NCBI RefSeq assembly: GCF_963921235.1
Contig: NC_086097.1
Coordinates: forward strand, 26,972,001 to 27,036,000
Direction: 5' to 3'
Length of the DNA stretch: 64,000 nucleotides
Source of the DNA: Mobula hypostoma
Lineage: Eukaryota
Below the pieces are notes generated by a model. That model did no database searches. It was given only the letters and a program-made list of their open reading frames with translations, and was not told the origin of the DNA. Position 1 is the first letter of the stretch. The number at the start of each line of letters is the position of its first letter. Position numbers and translations under genes: made by a program. This document shows positions 48,769-62,530 of the stretch, in pieces.

Positions 48769-51496
48769 TCTTTCATACAGTTACAAAATAACAAGCCACA
48801 TGAGGCCACAAAACAAGGGAGAAACGATACCTAACGTGTTGAGGAATGAAGGTAACTGAAGGCTAGGAGCGAATGGTTGAGGCCAACTGGTTGGATGGGT
48901 GAAAATGGACTGCAGATGAGAACTGGGTTTAAATAGGCTGCAAGTGATAAGTTGGAAATGAGTGGCAGTTTACTCCTGTTAGGTGGAGTCTGGGAGCTCG
49001 CTGCCTGAGCAGGTCTGATTGGAACTCCCCCCCACCACCACCTTCTATGGCCAACACCCGATAGCCCAGGATGATCCAAATGGGTCCTCGATAAGCAATG
49101 GATCCAAAATGAAACTACTCAAGACCTCTCCTCTAAGACGTACCCTTCCCAGACAACCTGGTACCGTACACCCCACCCACACTGACGTGAAACCATCACC
49201 AGTGAACCGTGTACACTGGACCACTGGGTTCCAGAGGTGCAGGCTCATGTGGGTTGAGCAGTCCATGGACAACAGGCTCGAGGCAGGACATGTAGAAGGT
49301 AGGTGTGATCGTGAGGGACGGTGGCAGCTGGAGATGGTAAGTGACTGGATTGGTGCAATGGATGAGCTTAAAGGGACCGAGGAACTGGGGTGAGAGCTTG
49401 CGGGAGTTGGTGCACAGTGGTAAATGTGAGGTGAACAGCCAGACACAGTCCCCAGGATGGAGTAGTCTGCCTGGGCACCACTGGCAGTTAGCCTGGCAGC
49501 AGTACACACAGTTGACAGCTAGGATGGCCCTCTGCGCTCTCTTCCAAGCCTTCTGTCAGCGGCAAACCAGGATCCTGGCAGACGGGACCTCCACTGTCAG
49601 CTCCTACATGGGGAACAATGGGGGTTGGTCGCCAAAAAGCACTTCAAAGGGTGACAGTCCTGTGGCAGAGGAGGTGTGGAGATTGTGGGACAGAGCAGAT
49701 ACTGCTTCCATGTGGAAGGGTTAGAGGCAGAGAAGTGTCATAGAAGCTTCTCCACTTGCTGATTGGCTCCTTCGTCTGCAGACTGTCCATTGATCTGCAA
49801 ATGATAACCAGAGGAGAAACTCACTGAGGTGTGGAGGAGGGAGCAGAAGGTTCACCAGAAGCAGGAGACAAATTGTGGGTCCAGTCCAGCACAATACCCT
49901 GGAGGAAGCTGTGGAGACTAACTATGTGTTGGAGAAACAGGTCTACCGTCTTAGGAGGGGTTCGGAGCACAAAGACCTGGACCACCTTGGAGAACTGGTC
50001 CACCGCTGTCATGATCACTGTGGCTCCATCGAAAGAAATACATGGTGATGTGGAACCACAGGCATCAAGGGACCGGCAGGAACCCAGAAGGCCGCTGGTT
50101 GTAGGAACAGGACTGGGCACATTGAGGGAGGTTGGCGACAAACTGATGTACATCTTCGATCATGGTGGGCCACCAAAATCGACATCGCAGAAAATCCAGA
50201 GTCCATTGTGCACCTGGATGGCCAGAGAGGGGCTGAGAAGTGGGCCCACTAAAGTTTCTCAGCGTGCACGGCTGCTGGAACATACATCTGGTTATCAGGG
50301 ATACCAGCCGGAGCAGGGTGATACTGTAGGACCTGGTGGATCTGGCTTTCAAGGTCCAAGATGATCAGAGTGAGGATCTTGGAGGATGGAATGATGGGCT
50401 GAGAGTTGCTGTCCATTTCAGCTGCGTTGAACTGTCGTGTCAGGGTATCCGCTTTAGTATTCTTGCAGTCAGGTCATTAGGAGATGGTGAAGTTGAATTG
50501 CTCAAAGAAGAGGGCCCAATGAGCCTGATGTGGGTTGAGCTGGAGGGTCTGTCATTTGGATATGAGGTTCTGATGGTCAGTCCAGATCAGGAGGGGCACG
50601 GTGTTCCCATCAGCCAATATCTCCGTTCCTCCAAAGTCCATTTGGTGTCGAGTAGATCCCTGTCTCCTACTCCATCACAGTGCTGTGTATGCACAAGAAG
50701 AAGGCACAAGGGTATATCTTCCCAACTGGACCTCGCTGGGAGAGGAAGGCCCCGCCTCCCACGTCAGATGCGTCCACCTCTCCCATAAAAGGTCCGGAGG
50801 GGTTCGGATGGCAGAGAATGGGAACGGTAGCGAAGAGTCCCTTGAGCTACTTCGAAGTGTAGTTGATGGCAGAAAACCAAGTTATCCATGAAGTAGATGG
50901 CAGTGAGGGAGGTGAGAGGACTGGCAGTTTGACCGTAGTTTTGATGAAACAGCGGCAGAAGTTGGAGAAGCCCAAGAAGCGCCTTAACAGTTTCAGGGAG
51001 CTTGGTCAGGGCCATTCAATACAGCTTCTCTGAATCCATGGTTTTGTCTTGGGGTGACAAGACGTAATCCAGGAAGGAAATGATTGGGGCGTGGAACTGG
51101 CATTTTTTTAACTTGCAGTACAGCTAGTTTTCAAGGAGACACTGAAGGACTGATTGGACGTTACAGACGTGGTCTTGGGGGCCCTTAGAGAAGATGAGGA
51201 TTTTTCCGAGGTAGACAAACACATACCTCTGCAGCAGGTCTCAGAGGAAGGCTTGGAAAATGGCTGAACTGTTGAAGAGTCCCAAAGGAATCACCAAGTA
51301 TTCGTCGTGGCCAGTTGGTGTTATGAACACTGTCTTACACTCATCCCCCTAGCAGGTGCAGATGAGGTTATATGCAATCTGTAGATCCAGTTTGATGATG
51401 AAGATCTGGGGCCACTGGATTGTTTTGAACACACTATCCATCAACGGGAGAGGGTAACTGCTCTTAATGGTGATTTTGTTGTGTCTACAGTAGCCA

Positions 51497-51608
<112 letters not shown>

Positions 51609-54600
51609 CAGACGACCTCGGGGAGAAGAGGTGCCCAGGAAGTGGTCAATCACCCAGTCGTGTGGTCTATAATGAGGCAGAGTGCTGGCTTCCCTTTTAC
51701 TGAAAGCAATGGCTAAGTTGTGGTATTCTTGTGGGACTTTGGTGAGGTTGCATTTCCTCCATCTCCACGGATTTATGGGATGAGCTCAAATGAGGTTGCA
51801 GGCAGGGGGTCCCCAACCCAGCAGTGAACTGGATGACTGGGCAAGTGAGGGTTTAGAGTGTAGAGCCAGGGGGTAACCCAAGATGAGAGGATTCGTGGGT
51901 GAGTGGATAAATAGGAACTGGGTGGACCCATGGTGCTTTCCGATAATCATATGCAGAGGCCACATGCAAGTTCTAACGTCAAAGGCCCCAGGTGACGTGG
52001 TGCAGAAGAGGTGAGAGAATCCGCGATGCACAAACAGAGTCCAATCCTGAAAGCTGTCTGCTGTGCTGGAATCTACTGGAGCCTCCTGCGTGCGTAGAGC
52101 TGTCGGGGTGTGTTGGAGGCCAGAGAGAGTGAGTCAGTCTATGGTGTTGGAACAAGGGGACGAGGGGAGTTCACCGGATAGAAGGCCCCTCGGCCATACT
52201 TGGCAGCGCCATTTTCCCACACACAGAGGGCATTTGATGCGCGGGTGATCGGTGGCTCTGCAGTAAGCACACAAGTTGATCCTCCACCGATGCTCACACT
52301 CTTGGGGGATTACGGGAGCTCTCTGTAAATGCATGAGTTCTGGAGGTGTTGATGGTGAGAGTCCTGCAGCCTGAAATGGTTCTGGGAATGGAACTGGGGA
52401 TCTGGCTGATGATCTGGAGGGTTGTTCCATAAGACGACTGTCATTTTAGAGGCCAGAGTGATGAAGCTTTCGAGGTCAGTGGGCATCTTCCGAGTAGACA
52501 GCTCATTTTTCAAGTGCTCCGAGTAGATGATAGTAACGGGCCGGCAATGCTCCCGTATTCCAGCCACACTCCAGCGGCACGCCTCAAACGGCTAGAAGAG
52601 CCTACTCCATGCTGTTTCATGACATAAACAAACAAACAAATAAATAAATCCACCGACAACCGTGAACTTGACACAGGCAAAGTATCTGATCCGCTGCACC
52701 CCCCCCCCTTCCACTCCCTGGATGGTCAAAAACCCAGGGCATGTCAGTGGTAAAATCTTCATAGTGGTTTCACTTGGGAGTTTTATTGGCCCAGTTAGCA
52801 GCAGTCCGGACCAGAGGTTGCCCAGTCAGGAATGAAATGACGAGGGCAATCTTGGCTCGGTCCATAGAATACAGAGATGGCTGGAGTTTGAAGTGTAAGA
52901 TGCACTGGGATGGAAAGTTGGGACATTGGGTTAGAGATCCATCGAAGCGTTCGGGTACCGGAATCCGGGATCTGAGGGTTGCGGAATTGAGACGGAGAAT
53001 TGGTTGAGAGTGGTAAGAGAAGTTCAGTGGTTTCCTGCTGCTTCTGGATGGTGTGCTCATGTCAACAGACGCCTACATCTGGGTGAGCGAACTCTGCTGA
53101 GTCAATCGCCCTTTCACCCATCTTGTCAGGAAATGTAGAGGAGGTTTGACCCAAATGCACAGCAGCAGAGACGATTTAGCAGTTAGCGATAATTTTAATT
53201 AAAAACTGCAAAATGACCAGCCAACGGGGCCACAAAACAAGGGACAGCAGATACTTAACCCAACAAGGCAACTGAAGACTAGAGGCAACAGTCTGAGGCG
53301 GACTGGTTTGAAGAATGAACAGAGGACTGTGGGTGAGAGCTGAGTTTACAGGTAAATAGGCTGCAGGAGATGAGTAGGAAACGAGTGGCAAGTGACTCCT
53401 GTTAGCTGGGTGGAGACTGGGAGGTGCCTGCCTGCGCAGTGTGATTATCTGAGTTCCTGTTGGCTTCCTGTCAACTTGAACCAATATGATTGTTTTCCTC
53501 TCTCTTCTGTCTTTAACAAGGTATTTTCATCTACATAACTGCCAGATGTTATTGCACCATTCTCTGTAAACTCTAGACACTGCTGTGCGTGAAAGTCCCA
53601 GGAGATCTGCAGTTTCTGAGATACTCAGACCACCCTATCTGGCACCAACAATCATTAAGAATCAGAATCGGGTTTATTATTACCGGCATGTATTGTAAAA
53701 TTTGCTAACTTAGCAGCAGCAGTTCAATGTAATACATAATATAGAAAAAAAATAAGTAAATCAATTACAGTATACATATATTAAATAGATTAAAATCGTG
53801 CAAAAACAGAAATAATATATATTAAAAAAGTGAGGTAGTGTCTATGGGTTCAATGTCCATTTAGGAATTGGATGGCAGAGGGGAAGGACCTGTTCCTGAA
53901 TTGCTGAGTGTGTGCCTTCAGGCTTCTGTACCTCCTTCCTGATGGTAACAGTGAGGAAAGGGCAAAGTCACTTCGATCACAGTTCTTCTCCATTCTGATT
54001 TTTGGTCTGAACAACAACTGGAGCTCCTGTTCTTGTTCTTGCAAAGTTTAATGGCGGTTGGCCAACCAATGTAAGGTGCATTACCTCTACCTACTGACAC
54101 AGAGTGTGGACCAAAGAGACAGTAAGTATACCCACAAATTCCGCCCTCCCCACCACCACCACCCAAAAGAAACTCAAGTAATATCAAAAAGTCTCATGCT
54201 TTTCAGAAGGTAAAATACACACCTATATTCATTATGATGGCAGTGATTATCCTAATAAACTTTCCATGTTAACTGTGTCTGTCCCAACAATCTCACTTTA
54301 GCCCATATGCCCAAAGGACCATATCATGCATATCAATTCTGAACTAGGAATTAATCAGCCTGGTATATCCAATACATAAATGGCTGCCTATGTGTATACC
54401 TGAACCTCTTGACCATGTCTGCATGCTTTTATGCATTGTGTTGCTGCATCATGATTGGCTGATTCGATATTTGCATTAACAAGCAGGTGTATAGGTGTAC
54501 CTAATAAAGTGGCCACTGACTGTATTTGGTGAATAAATTGAATTCATATTCCAAGGCCAGATTTGAACTTTGGTTGCTAGGTAACTGTGCATGATGGCTT

Positions 54601-54884
54601 TGCAGCAATGTAACCAGGATGCTATTCCATCTTTGGACTTCATGACATCAATGTTCTGACACTAACCAAGATAAAGAGCAAAAAAAAACAGAAATAAAGG
54701 AAGTTTTGAAATACCAAGTGTCGTGGGAGGTATAAAGAAAGCAAAAGGGAAGGATTGTGATAGACTGGAAATGAGGTCTTCTTGGGCATAAAATTAAAAT
54801 TTGATAGAAACTATGGCCAGTCTAAATCCAACCTGGCCACAGTCAATCAAAGCCCACTATGATCACAGCCAATCCAAATCCATA

Positions 54885-55058
54885 AACACGAGAGATTCTA
54901 TGGATGCTGGAAATCCAGAGTAGCACACTAAGATGCTGGAGGAATTCAGCAAGTCAGGTGGCGTCAATGGAGAGGAATAAACAGTCGATATCTCAAGCCG
55001 AAACTCAAGATTCTGATTAAGGGTCTTGGCCCGAAACGTCGACCGTTTACTCCTCTCC
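54885..55058. mobile_element. Fold-back Penelope-derived element with decayed hammerhead
   Basis: Arms ATGGAGAGGAATAAACAGTCGA / TCGACCGTTTACTCCTCTCCAT. Core reads CTGATTA-AGGGTCTTGGCCC-GAAACGTC. Confidence 0.75.
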
Positions 55059-57739
55059 ATATACGAGTTCATCCAGATCTTGTATTTGTCAATCCAAGTC
55101 TATCTTGAACCACAGCCAATTAAAGCCAACGTCACCACCACCAATCCACACCCAACATACACTCACCGATACTGGAGCAACTTCTTCCCCTCGGCACCTG
55201 ATTTCTGAATGGACATTGAACCCATGTACAGTACCTCACCACCTTTTATATACTCACTTTAATTCACGTTTTCTCTATTATTATGTATTTCATTGTACTG
55301 CTGCTGCAAAGACAACAAATTTCATGACGTATGCCGGCGATATTAAACCTGATTCCGATTCTGACTCAGTTATCACAAAGCCAACGTGACCACAGTTTAT
55401 CAGGATGCTGCCTGGATGAGAGGGTATGAGATTTTAGGAGAGGTTGGACAAACATGTGGTTGTTTTCTCTGGAGGACGAGGGAAGACCTGAAAGAAGTTA
55501 TAAAATCATGAGTGGCAAGGATAGGGCAGATACTCAGAATCGTTTCTCCATGGAGTAGAAATCTCAAGTATTAGGGGAACTACATTTATGCCGAGGGGAG
55601 TAAAAGGTTAAAAGGCATGTGGGACAAGTGTTTGTGAGGCTTGTGTGACCAGTCTTTTACACACAAAATGGTGGGTGTCTGAAGCACTCTGCTGGGCTGA
55701 TAGAACAGATACAACAGTAATGTTTAAGACGCATTTAGCCAGAGACATGAACATGCAGGGAATGGGGGATATGGACCAGCTGCAGGCCGATGGAATCAGT
55801 TAGATTGCTATCCTGGTCAGTGCAGACGTGATGGGACGTAAGAAGCTGCGGATGCTGGAATCTGGAGCAATCTGCTGGAGGAACTCAGCGGGTCGAGGAC
55901 TGATGACGGCGAGTCCAGAGAGGTCACAGTCCGTGAGTCTCAACCAGTGGCTGGAGGTTTTGGAGGGCCAAGGACTCCAGAGTCTGTGTGTGTGTGAGCG
56001 GCGAGTGGGATGGCGGGAAAGGAGCTTGTTTTCCTGTTTTGTTGTTGTCACTGCTACAACATCGAACAGTACAGCACAGTCCAGGTCTTCCAGGCCACAG
56101 TGTGGTGCTGACTTTTAACCTGCTCGAAGGTCAATCTAACTCCTCCCTCCTGCATAGCCCTCCAGTTTTCTTTCACCCATGTGCCTGTCTAACCTACTTA
56201 AACCCATCACCCCCGCTGGGGCTTTGACCACAGAGTCCTCCAACCTGGGCCAGTCCTTTCTAGCTCTGTCATCAGGCGTAACCTATTTTGTAAGTCCTCT
56301 AGGCGAAGATTCCTTCCCCTCGCAGAGTTGAGATCTGTCGATGTTTCTGTGGATTTTAATGGGATGGGGTTGCTACCATGTCCAACCCTCCCCCTTTAGC
56401 AGCCGGGCTTGGGAGTGTCCATGGCAGAGCTCTGAGCCTGCCTAAGATTCTCCCTAGAGTATCTGCCTCCACCGCGATCCCAGGCAGTAAGTTCCATGCA
56501 CCCACCACCCTGCCTCTAAAAACCTCAACTGTGACATCACTCCTATACCTCCCTCCAATTGTCTTAAAATTCTGCCCTCTTGTATTCCACCCTGGGGAAA
56601 GGTCTGTGGCCGCCCACTCGACCTCTGCCTCCTATCATCTCCACTGTGTCACATCTCACCTTCCTTCGCTCCAAAGAGTTGTTGCTTGCGTTGTTCCGCT
56701 GAACCTGCTGGGCTTGCTATGTTGGTACTGGGACGTGTAGTGATTCTTGCAGGCTGCCCCCAGCACACCCCTGCGCGTGTTGGCTGTTGACGTGAACGAC
56801 ACACCTCACTGTACGTGTGATTAATAAATAAATAAGTCCGAAACAGTCAGCAGAAAGGGATAGTTGACAGTTTGAGTAGAAACTCTACATCTGGACTACG
56901 AGTGGCAAGGCGAGACAGCCGATATAAAGAAGAGAGGGGGAGTGGTAAGACAGGAGTCTGTGTGGCTGATGGACTGAGGAGGGGTAAGTGATGTTGGGCA
57001 GGTTGTGGCAGGTAGGAGAGGGAGGCAGGGCTGGAGTTGGAGTTAGAGGAAGGTACTGTACAACTGAACGGTTTCCTAAGCCACTTCAGAGAGCAACTAA
57101 AATCAACCAATTGTTCTGATGCAGCTCAATCGGCCCAAAACGCTGACCATCCCTTTTCTCCCACATGCTGCTGGATTCACTGAATTCCTCCATCAAGTTG
57201 TTTGCAGCTTAAAGGTTAGCTATGAATTAAACATAAGTGAAAGGGAAATGGGCCCAATGGCTTCCTTTCTGTCATCTCATCTTCTCCCTTCCTTTTCAGT
57301 CCTAAAGAAGGATTTCTGCCCAAATCGCCACCAGTTTGTTCATTTCCATCCACGCTGAATTCTTCCATCTGTGTTACTTTGGCTTCCTTATATAACGTTT
57401 TATTTTATTTTCCAACAAAGGACAAAATATGAAAGCAACAGTTTTCTGAAGTTTGAAATACTGGGTCACCACTGCTGCTAAATGGACAACGGTTACCATG
57501 GCAAAATGTGCACACTTCCCCACATCACTTTCCCCTACTGATTGCTTACTGGAGAGAAATAACAGGTTGAGCTCAAGCCCTTTGTGAAAATTTACATCAG
57601 AATCACAGCAATGGTGAGCAGTAAATCACAGCAGGTGCTGTGTATTGGCATGAATCTGCAGCAACCCCGATTGTTAAACCTCCGCACAAGCGCTTTGTTC
57701 TGACCATTGTGCTGAGTGTTGATCCTCTGCTCTCTGCTG

Positions 57740-57774
<35 letters not shown>

Positions 57775-57936
57775 TATGTGTTGGTGTGTGTGTGTATGTG
57801 TGTGTGTGTGTGTGTGCGTGTGTGTGCGTGTGTGTGTGTGTGTGTGTGTTGGTGTGTGTGCGTGTGTGCGTGTGTGTGTGCGTGTGTGTGTGTGCGTGTG
57901 TGCGTGTGCGTGTGTGTGTGTATGTGTGTGTGTGTG

Positions 57937-57971
<35 letters not shown>

Positions 57972-57973
57972 TG

Positions 57974-58021
<48 letters not shown>

Positions 58022-58175
58022 GCGTGTGTGTGTGTGCGTGTGTGTGTGTATGTGTGTGTGTGTGCGTGTGTGTGCGTGTGCGCGCGCGTGTGTGTGTATG
58101 CGCGTGTGTGTGTGTGTGTGTGTGTGTGCGCGTGCGTGCGTGCGTGCGTGTGTGTGTGTGTGTGTGTGTTGGTGT
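57740..58175. repeat. Long interrupted (TG)n/(CG)n microsatellite, about 435 bp
   Basis: Directly visible in the sequence. Confidence 0.97.
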
Positions 58176-59244
58176 TGCAAAGAATTGGGACTTTTGGGCT
58201 CCAAGGGCATGGAATCAGGCTCGTTGGCCCAAGATTCCCATTTGCCCGTATTTAGCCCTGTGATCCCTCTGAACCAGGGGATCCCAATCTGGGGTCCATG
58301 AGCCTTCTGGTTAACGGTAGGGGTCCATGGCATGAGAAAGGTTGATAAGCCCTGCTCTAAACCTTTCCTATTCATTCATCTGTCCAAATACTTTTTTAAT
58401 GCTTCCACCACTTCCTCCGGCGGCTCGTTCTATGTACTTCTGGGCAAAAGAAGTGTCCCCCAAGTTTCTATTAATCTCTTCCCTCTCACCTTAGACCTAT
58501 GCCCTCCAGTTCCCATTCTGACTCTTCAGTCCCCAACCCTGAGAAAAAGACTGTTTACATTCACTCTATCTACGTCCATTACCATTCTATACACCTCTCG
58601 GTCCCCTGCATGCCCGATTCTCATTACTACCATCAGGAAGGAGATACAGAAGCCTGATAACACACACTCAGAGCTTCTTCCCTCTGCCATCAGATTTCTG
58701 AACGATTCATGAACCCATCAAAATTGCCTCACTTTTTGTACTACCTGCATTTGTTATTGTAACTGTTAGTAATTTTTTTATGGATTGCATTGTGCTGCTG
58801 CCACAAAACAACAAATTTCATGACGTGTCAGTGACAATAAACCTGATTCTGAATCTGATGATGTGCCAAAGGAAAAAGTCTCAAACTGCCCAACCCTCAT
58901 CTATAACTCCATCCCTTGAGCCCTGACAACATCCCCATAAATCTCTGCACTCTCCCCAGCTTAATGGCATTTTCCCCACAGCAGCGTGAGCAAAGCTGAA
59001 CACGATATTCCAAATGCTGCCTCCCCAACGTCTTGTACAATTGACCATCGGCCGTCCGATTACAATATCCAGACACAAGAGACTCCAGATGTTGGAATAT
59101 GGAGCAGCACACAAAGTGCTGGAGAAATTCTGTGGGTCGGTAATTTGAGCAGGTCCTCCTCTTCCATAGGTACTGCCTCACATGTTCAGTTCCTTCAGCT
59201 CTTTGTGTGTTGATCCATTTACACCAATCCTACACCTGTTTGTT

Positions 59245-59582
59245 TGTTATGTGCCGTGTTGTATGACGTGGCTGATCATGGTCTCGGCAAATTTTTCTAC
59301 AGATGTGGTTTGCCATTGCCTTCTTCTGGGCAGTGCCTTTACAAGGGGAGTGTCCCCAGCCATTATCAATTCTCTTCAGAGATTGTCTGCCTGGCGTCAG
59401 TGGTCACATAACCAGGACTTGTGATGTGCACTGGCTATCCACCACCGGCTCCCAGGGCTTCACGTGACCCTAATCGGGGGCGGAGCAGGAACTACACCTT
59501 GCCCAAGGGGTGACCTGCAGGCTCGCGGAGGGAAGAAGCTCCTTAACCCTCCTTTGGTAGAGACACATCTCCACCCCGCCAC
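59245..59582 (-). mobile_element. RTE-related SINE-like element (same family as 42145-45931)
   Basis: Contains GTGGTTTGCCATTGCCTTCTTCTGGGCAGTG and CTTCAGAGATTGTCTGCCTGG. Confidence 0.75.
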
Positions 59583-59629
59583 CCAAAATCCTACACTACT
59601 CCTTTCTATTCCACCCACGACTTCACTGA

Positions 59630-60920
59630 CTTTTCTCTTTGGAGCAAAGGAGGATAAGAGGTGACTTGATCAAGGTCAAGATGATAAGAGGCATAGATCG
59701 AATGGACAGGCAAAGACTTTTTCCCAGGGTGGAAATGGCAAATACAAAGGGACGTAAATTTAAGGTGATTATAGTGAAGATGTCAGAGGTAAATTCCTCA
59801 CACTGAGAGTGGTGTGTGTGTGGAACCCTCTGCCACGGGTGGTGGTAGAGGCAGATATATTACAGGCATTTAAAAGACTCTGAATTAGGCACACGGATGA
59901 TAGAAAAATGGAAGGCTATGTGGAAGGTAGATTGATCTGGAGTAAAGGCCGATACAACCTGAAAGGCCTGTACTGTGCTGTCATGTGCTATGTTCTAGTT
60001 CCCTCAAACTGGAAGCTCGGACGCACCAGCTTAGGCTCTGCTCAGTGTAATCAATGCCTGACTGTTATTTATCGACCTCTCATTTTATTCAAGTACATAA
60101 ACTTCCAGGTGAAGCGGGAATGAGGTGTTGCGTTTGGAAAGGTCAAATGCAAGAGAAAAGTACACAGAGGGATCTTGGGGTGCAGGTCGATCACTCCCTG
60201 AAAATGGCCACGCAAGTGGATAGGGTGGTGAAGAAGGCAGTTACAATGCTTCCCCTTCGTTGGTCAAGGTATTAAATATAAATCTTGGGAAGTTATGTTA
60301 CAGTTGTATAAATCTTTGTTTTGCCCAATTTAGAGTATTGTGTGCAGTTCTGATAGGGATAAAGTGGAGGCTTTGGAGTGGGAACAGAAGAGATTCACCA
60401 GGATGTTGTCTAGATGAGAGAGCATTGACTATAAAGAGAGGTTGGACAAAGTTTATGAGGGACATAGGGTGGACAGTCAGAGTTTTTCCCAGGGTGGATA
60501 GGTAAAACACTAAAGGGCAGAGATTTAAAGTGAGAAGGGGAGAGTTCAAAGATTTTCAAGGGAAGTTTTCTACACAGAAAGGTAGGTGCTGTCAGGGGTG
60601 ATGGAAGAAGTAGACAGAAGGATGACATTTAAGAATGATTTAGACAGGTATTTAAACAAGCAGTATTTTGAGGGGTGCAGATAATGTGCAGGCAGATGGT
60701 ATTTTTGATTATAAAGGGATTCAAAGGTTACAGAGTGAAGGCAGAAGAATAGGGCTGAGAGAGAAAATAAATCATGCATGATCGAATGACAGAGCAGGCT
60801 CGATGGGACGAATGGCCTCATTCTGATTCTTTGCCTTATGTTCTTATGGTTTAGTTAGATTATTATTTATGGTCAGCAGAAACATGGTGGGCTGAAGGGC
60901 CTGTATTGTTCTATGTTCTA
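59630..60920 (+). mobile_element. Cluster of old CR1 3' fragments
   Basis: QRDLGVQVDHSLKMATQVDRVVKKA and repeated CR1 3' UTR tails. Confidence 0.75.
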
Positions 60921-60949
60921 TATCGTCTGTTTCATTCCGACATTACTAA

Positions 60950-61340
60950 GGAAACGCCGAAGTGCTTAGTATTTAGGAGCGGGCACTTTCTCCAGCGGAC
61001 CAATCCCGGGACCGGCAGATCTAGTCCTCCCACGGCAGGGGGCGCAGGCGGCCGTTTCGAAAACTCCAGTGGAAACGCGTTTCTGCCTCTCAGCCGCCGT
61101 CCGGAGTGACGTGTTTCCAGAGCGACAGTGACGGCGAGAGCGAGAGGAGATGGTAAGTGTGACAGAAAGAAGGGGAGATAGAGAGGGGAAGAAAGAGAGA
61201 GAGGGAAGGGGTGGTGAGAGAGAGAGAGTAGTGAGGGAGGGAGTCTGGGGGCGGCACCGCCGCTCGGGATCGGAGGGAGCGACAGGACGGGACTGCAACG
61301 TCGGTTCTGTCAACTCATCGCCCCTCCCCCCCTCACCGGG
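60950..61340 (+). promoter_or_regulatory. CpG-island-like promoter region
   Basis: High CpG density in non-repeat sequence and a CRE/ATF-like TGACGT at 61107-61112. It surrounds ATG|GTAAGT. Confidence 0.65.
61150..61152 (+). CDS. Candidate ATG-only first coding exon of the next gene (probably 26S proteasome ATPase PSMC1 by synteny; not verifiable here)
   Basis: GAGGAG ATG is followed directly by the consensus donor GTAAGT (61153-61158), with a purine at -3, inside a CpG island. No downstream exon was recognised in the window. Confidence 0.55.
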
Positions 61341-61930
61341 AGAGAGGGGAAGGGAAACGGAAAAGGGGGAAGGTGAGAGGGGCAGCGAGGTGGGGGAGAG
61401 GGGAAAGGAGAGAGAGATGCAGACAGCGGAGAGGAGGGTGATCGGGGGGGAGGAAGAGGAGCAGAGAGTGGAAGGTGAAATCGGAGGGGAATGAGAGGAA
61501 GATGAGATGGGGAAAGAGGAAAAGGGAGCAAAGGGAAGAGGGATGGGAGGGAGACAGAGAGGGAAAGAACTAAAGGGGGGTGACGTAAGGGTAACGTAAG
61601 TGTAGTGGTTGGCGCGACACTTTGTGGTGCTAGTGACCATCAAACGGGGATCAATGTCTGTAAGGAGTTTGTACGTTTTTCTATGATCGACTGTGTTTCC
61701 TCCCACATTCCAAAGACATTAGGGTAAGTGTTGGACTTTAGGGTTAGTGAGTTGGTGGGCACATAATGTTGGCGCAGGAAACGCGGCGGCATTTGCGAAC
61801 TTTGTTGTTTGTTGATGCAAAACAACACATTTCACTCTGTGTTTCCATTTTCGGTGTACATGTGACAAATAAAACTAATCTTGAGAAATGTGGGGGGGGG
61901 AAGAGAAAGGAGTGGTAATGGAGAGGAGTA

Positions 61931-62530
61931 ACGGGGTTTCGTAAAGCTGTTATAGCCGGAGGTGGTAATGGGGACAAACTCCCACTGTCTATTAAATGCT
62001 CCCAATGACGTGTGGCTCAAATAGCCTCTGACAACCAAGTCTGGTTCCTGGCATTCACGTGTGGCTTCAACAAGACAGGAAAAGGCTTTGCTACTAAGCC
62101 CGGCAGAATCATTTCTATTGACAGGAGAAGGGGCAAAGGGTGCGTTACTGGCGCCTTAAAACCAGTCGCTTCTGGCAGATGGAGCTTGTCAGCCATGGTT
62201 GGCAGCTCATCTAGGAGAAGGAAAACTCTGATCTCAAATTTCCGCTGCCTTGCGGCTATACCCACTCCTGGGGAAGGCTTTGGGAATAAACCCAGAGAGA
62301 AAAATCCAGAGCTGGAGTCCCTAAGGTCCTGTGTTGAACTCAGCGCTGACTGGCAACTCCTGCGGCACTGCTGGTGCCAAACTGTATCAGTCTCTGCCAT
62401 TCCTTTGGGTTCATCAGATCCATGGAGTGGGGAAGTGCTCTTCATATTGTAGTGTTCTGCCTTGCATACCTAGACTGCTAGGCTGCAATATCCGTGGTTG
62501 ACCCTGACTGACAGAGGCCTCATCACCATC
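61931..62530 (+). mobile_element. RTE-related non-autonomous element, longest copy
   Basis: Contains the RTE 5'-UTR-like CTAGGAGAAGGAAAACTCTGA and a (CAT)-type tail. AATGGAGA is duplicated at 61917-61924 and 62531-62538. Confidence 0.7.

Noticed and set aside
52134..53060. Domesticated PEG10/RTL1-like gene
   Set aside because: Many stops and frameshifts, with flanking LTRs.
57640..58375. Long Val/Cys and His/Thr ORFs
   Set aside because: These are translations of a (TG)n microsatellite.
61150..61494. 114-aa ORF from the CpG-island ATG
   Set aside because: It reads through a consensus splice donor into purine-rich low-complexity sequence and is better explained as intron.
62040..62145. Intact twister ribozyme (AAGCCCGG...AGGAGAAGGGG resemblance)
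   Set aside because: P4 and pseudoknot pairings could not be formed, and the general-base G position reads A.
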